64,000 nt of DNA. It comes from an uncultured Bacteriovoracaceae bacterium. Lineage in GTDB: Bacteria; Bdellovibrionota; UBA2394. Position 1 is the first letter of the stretch; the number at the start of each line of letters is the position of its first letter. The stretch lies in contig CAZZLQ010000003.1 of assembly GCA_964655245.1 (NCBI GenBank), forward strand, positions 1,887-65,886. Direction: 5' to 3'. The notes below the pieces were generated by a model. The model was not told the DNA's origin. It saw nothing but the letters and a program-made list of their open reading frames with translations, and ran no database searches. This document shows positions 61,919 through 64,000 of the stretch, in pieces. A program made the position numbers and the translations under genes.

Positions 61919-63798
61919 TATTTCACCACCTTCAGATAGCTGGTTTCAAATCCTTGAAGTCCACCCGTAGCTCCTTGATTCGAAAGTCTCAAGTGCACGG
62001 TATCTCCGAGAATAGGCGCCGAGCAAAGCTCTCGCGACTCATTCTTGTAGTTCTTGTCGCGATACTTGCCAGTCATCATATCTTTGACTCGGTAGTCTTT
62101 GGCCAAGACCTCGAGCCAGTCTGAGTCCGCATCCAGATCGATTCGGCTGAAGCACACGGCGATCTCGCGAGCGCCATCGACTTTGATTGTGGAAATCCAA
62201 TCAAAGGTCTTGGCGTCATTTCCTCGAGGAGACTCGAATCGATAGTCCATGTCATTCGGCACAGGCATCAACGAGGCATTGAGATCTCCACCCAAGGCTC
62301 TGGCCACATTGATTCGTCCAGAGGTCGTCACATTGCCGTGAAGCTGAGGAAGCACATCCACTGAGTTGATGATGCGATCTTTAATATCACCGGCGGAAGC
62401 GTTGAGATTTTGGCCCCACAACAATGCAGCCAAGCCCGTCACATGAGGAGTCGCCATGGATGTCCCACTCCATGAAGCGTAACCATGACCCCCAAACAAG
62501 AAAGCGGGTACGGTGGACATAATCTGCACTCCGGGAGCTGCCACTTGAACAAGACCAAATCCGTAGTTCGAAAACGAGGCCATTTGATCTCGGTTATTGG
62601 TAGCAGCTACAGAAATGAACGTAGGCAGCTTGTTGGAATAATTGCTGGGGAAATGTTCGGAGTACTTATTGCTGACTCCATCATTTCCAGCAGCAGCGAT
62701 ATTCAAGATGCCTTCTCGATCAGCTTCTGCAAAAGCCATCAACAAGAAGTCATCTTCATCGCCATTTTTGGACGATCGACCCGCTGAACCCCATGAGTTT
62801 GAGGTGATGAAGCGCTTCTCAGGAAATCTTTTCTTGAGATCAATCAAATAATAGAGAGCCATCTGAGCATCGAAGTCCGATCCTCCGCCCTCAGCGGCCA
62901 AGAACTTAAGTCCCATCAGCGAGACCTTCTCATTCATCCCTGCAATTCCTTTGAAGTTATTGCGAAGGGCGCCGATGACACCAGCCACGTGCGTCCCGTG
63001 TCCGTGATCATCCATTGGATCTCCATTCCGACCAACAAAGTTATAGCCGTGAACGTCATCAATGAAGCCCCAACCCACTCGAGTATCTCCATTGTTGTCG
63101 TTGTTAATTCCATCGCCGGCAATCTCACCGGGATTGACCCAGATATTGCTACCCTCTTTGATAACCGGTTTTCCATCCACCATCTCAACGACGGCAAGAT
63201 CCTCGTGATAGTAATCCAGTCCGGTATCAATGATTGCCACCACAACATCTTTGCTTCCAGCGGTATCAACACCACCCATTGAGATGTCAGCATTGTACTT
63301 TCCGGCAAGCGAGGAGGGAGCTTCTTGAGACTCGTTATTAAGAGCCCACTGAGTTGAAAAGAGCGGATCGTTTGTTTTGAATCGCACCCTTCTCTCTTGA
63401 ATGGGAGCCTCTTGAGATCGATTTCGCTCAACGCCAATTCGATAGGATTTGGAAGCCGCCATCACACGACCATCTCGCTTAGCCAGACTAACGACATCAT
63501 CAAGCTCTCGAGGGGAGCTCACCTCGAACAAGTAAATCGGTCGAGTGGGAACTTGATCGAGTAACTTGAGCGAAACTCCTTCTTTGCTTTGCATATCCAA
63601 AACAAAGCTGTCGATCTCAGATGCATCACTCAGTTGAATCTGAACCTGGCCCAAAAAGAAATGGCCCGATGGATCCAAAGCGGCAGTTGCCTTCTTCTGA
63701 ACGATCTCTGCATCCGAGGGCATGATTGTTCTTGTTGTTGTTTGACAGCCGACCAACGCAAGGCTGACGGCCCAAATTTCAAATCTTCGTGTTTTCAT
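61918..63798 (-). CDS. subtilisin-like serine protease (S8 family) with C-terminal extension domain
   Basis: 626 aa; signal peptide/lipobox 'LVGCQ'; 'VAIIDTGLD', 'HGHGTHVAGVIGA', 'GTSMATPHVTGLAALL' catalytic triad motifs; N-terminal propeptide-like region. Confidence 0.85.
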   Translation of the reverse strand: MKTRRFEIWAVSLALVGCQTTTRTIMPSDAEIVQKKATAALDPSGHFFLGQVQIQLSDASEIDSFVLDMQSKEGVSLKLLDQVPTRPIYLFEVSSPRELDDVVSLAKRDGRVMAASKSYRIGVERNRSQEAPIQERRVRFKTNDPLFSTQWALNNESQEAPSSLAGKYNADISMGGVDTAGSKDVVVAIIDTGLDYYHEDLAVVEMVDGKPVIKEGSNIWVNPGEIAGDGINNDNNGDTRVGWGFIDDVHGYNFVGRNGDPMDDHGHGTHVAGVIGALRNNFKGIAGMNEKVSLMGLKFLAAEGGGSDFDAQMALYYLIDLKKRFPEKRFITSNSWGSAGRSSKNGDEDDFLLMAFAEADREGILNIAAAGNDGVSNKYSEHFPSNYSNKLPTFISVAATNNRDQMASFSNYGFGLVQVAAPGVQIMSTVPAFLFGGHGYASWSGTSMATPHVTGLAALLWGQNLNASAGDIKDRIINSVDVLPQLHGNVTTSGRINVARALGGDLNASLMPVPNDMDYRFESPRGNDAKTFDWISTIKVDGAREIAVCFSRIDLDADSDWLEVLAKDYRVKDMMTGKYRDKNYKNESRELCSAPILGDTVHLRLSNQGATGGLQGFETSYLKVVK

Positions 63799-64000
63799 TT
63801 TCCCCTCCGTATTCCCGATACAGATTAAAGAGACTCAATTCTCAATCGTAGATTTCGAACAAGTTCCTCACCCGTCACTTTGGCTAGCTCAAGACGTTGC
63901 TCACCAAAACCTTTGTAATCTCCGAGTTCTCCACCGACGCGAACTTGATTACCCACAGCCATTCGCACTTGGAGTAGCGAATAAGAGAGAACTTTGGGAG

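Overview
Bacterial chromosomal segment, about 50% GC, gene-dense on both strands, no rRNA or CRISPR seen. The gene content suggests a Bdellovibrio-like deltaproteobacterial or Bdellovibrionota predator: a TIGR02147-type HTH protein, tandem S8 proteases, an FHA/AgmX-like protein, many sigma-54 activators, and Tad and type IV pilus components. Most of the window is housekeeping. This includes purL-purQ-purS-purC, mutS, tatA, ftsK, priA, hutU and hutH split around katG, reverse transsulfuration genes (CBS, CGL), suhB-like, slt, yicC-gmk-rpoZ-relA/spoT, cpaF, an RRM protein and S8 proteases. The outstanding feature is a ~14 kb accessory block at 28.2-42.6 kb made of three tandem, diverged copies of a two-gene cassette. 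Each cassette encodes a ~920-970 aa Cys-rich secreted protein with a type IV prepilin-like N-terminus (G|FSLxEL plus hydrophobic helix). This is followed, tightly coupled, by a ~560-600 aa protein with a PilX-like N-terminal transmembrane segment. Each cassette is preceded by a -24/-12 (GG-N10-GC, TTGCA) sigma-54-type promoter. A fourth such promoter drives a small downstream gene whose product carries two MshEN/T2SSE_N-like (c-di-GMP-binding type) motifs. A bona fide FHA-containing sigma-54 activator sits 3.4 kb downstream. An NtrC-like response regulator elsewhere in the window lacks the GAFTGA loop. All calls come from reading the supplied translations and DNA; no database searches were run.
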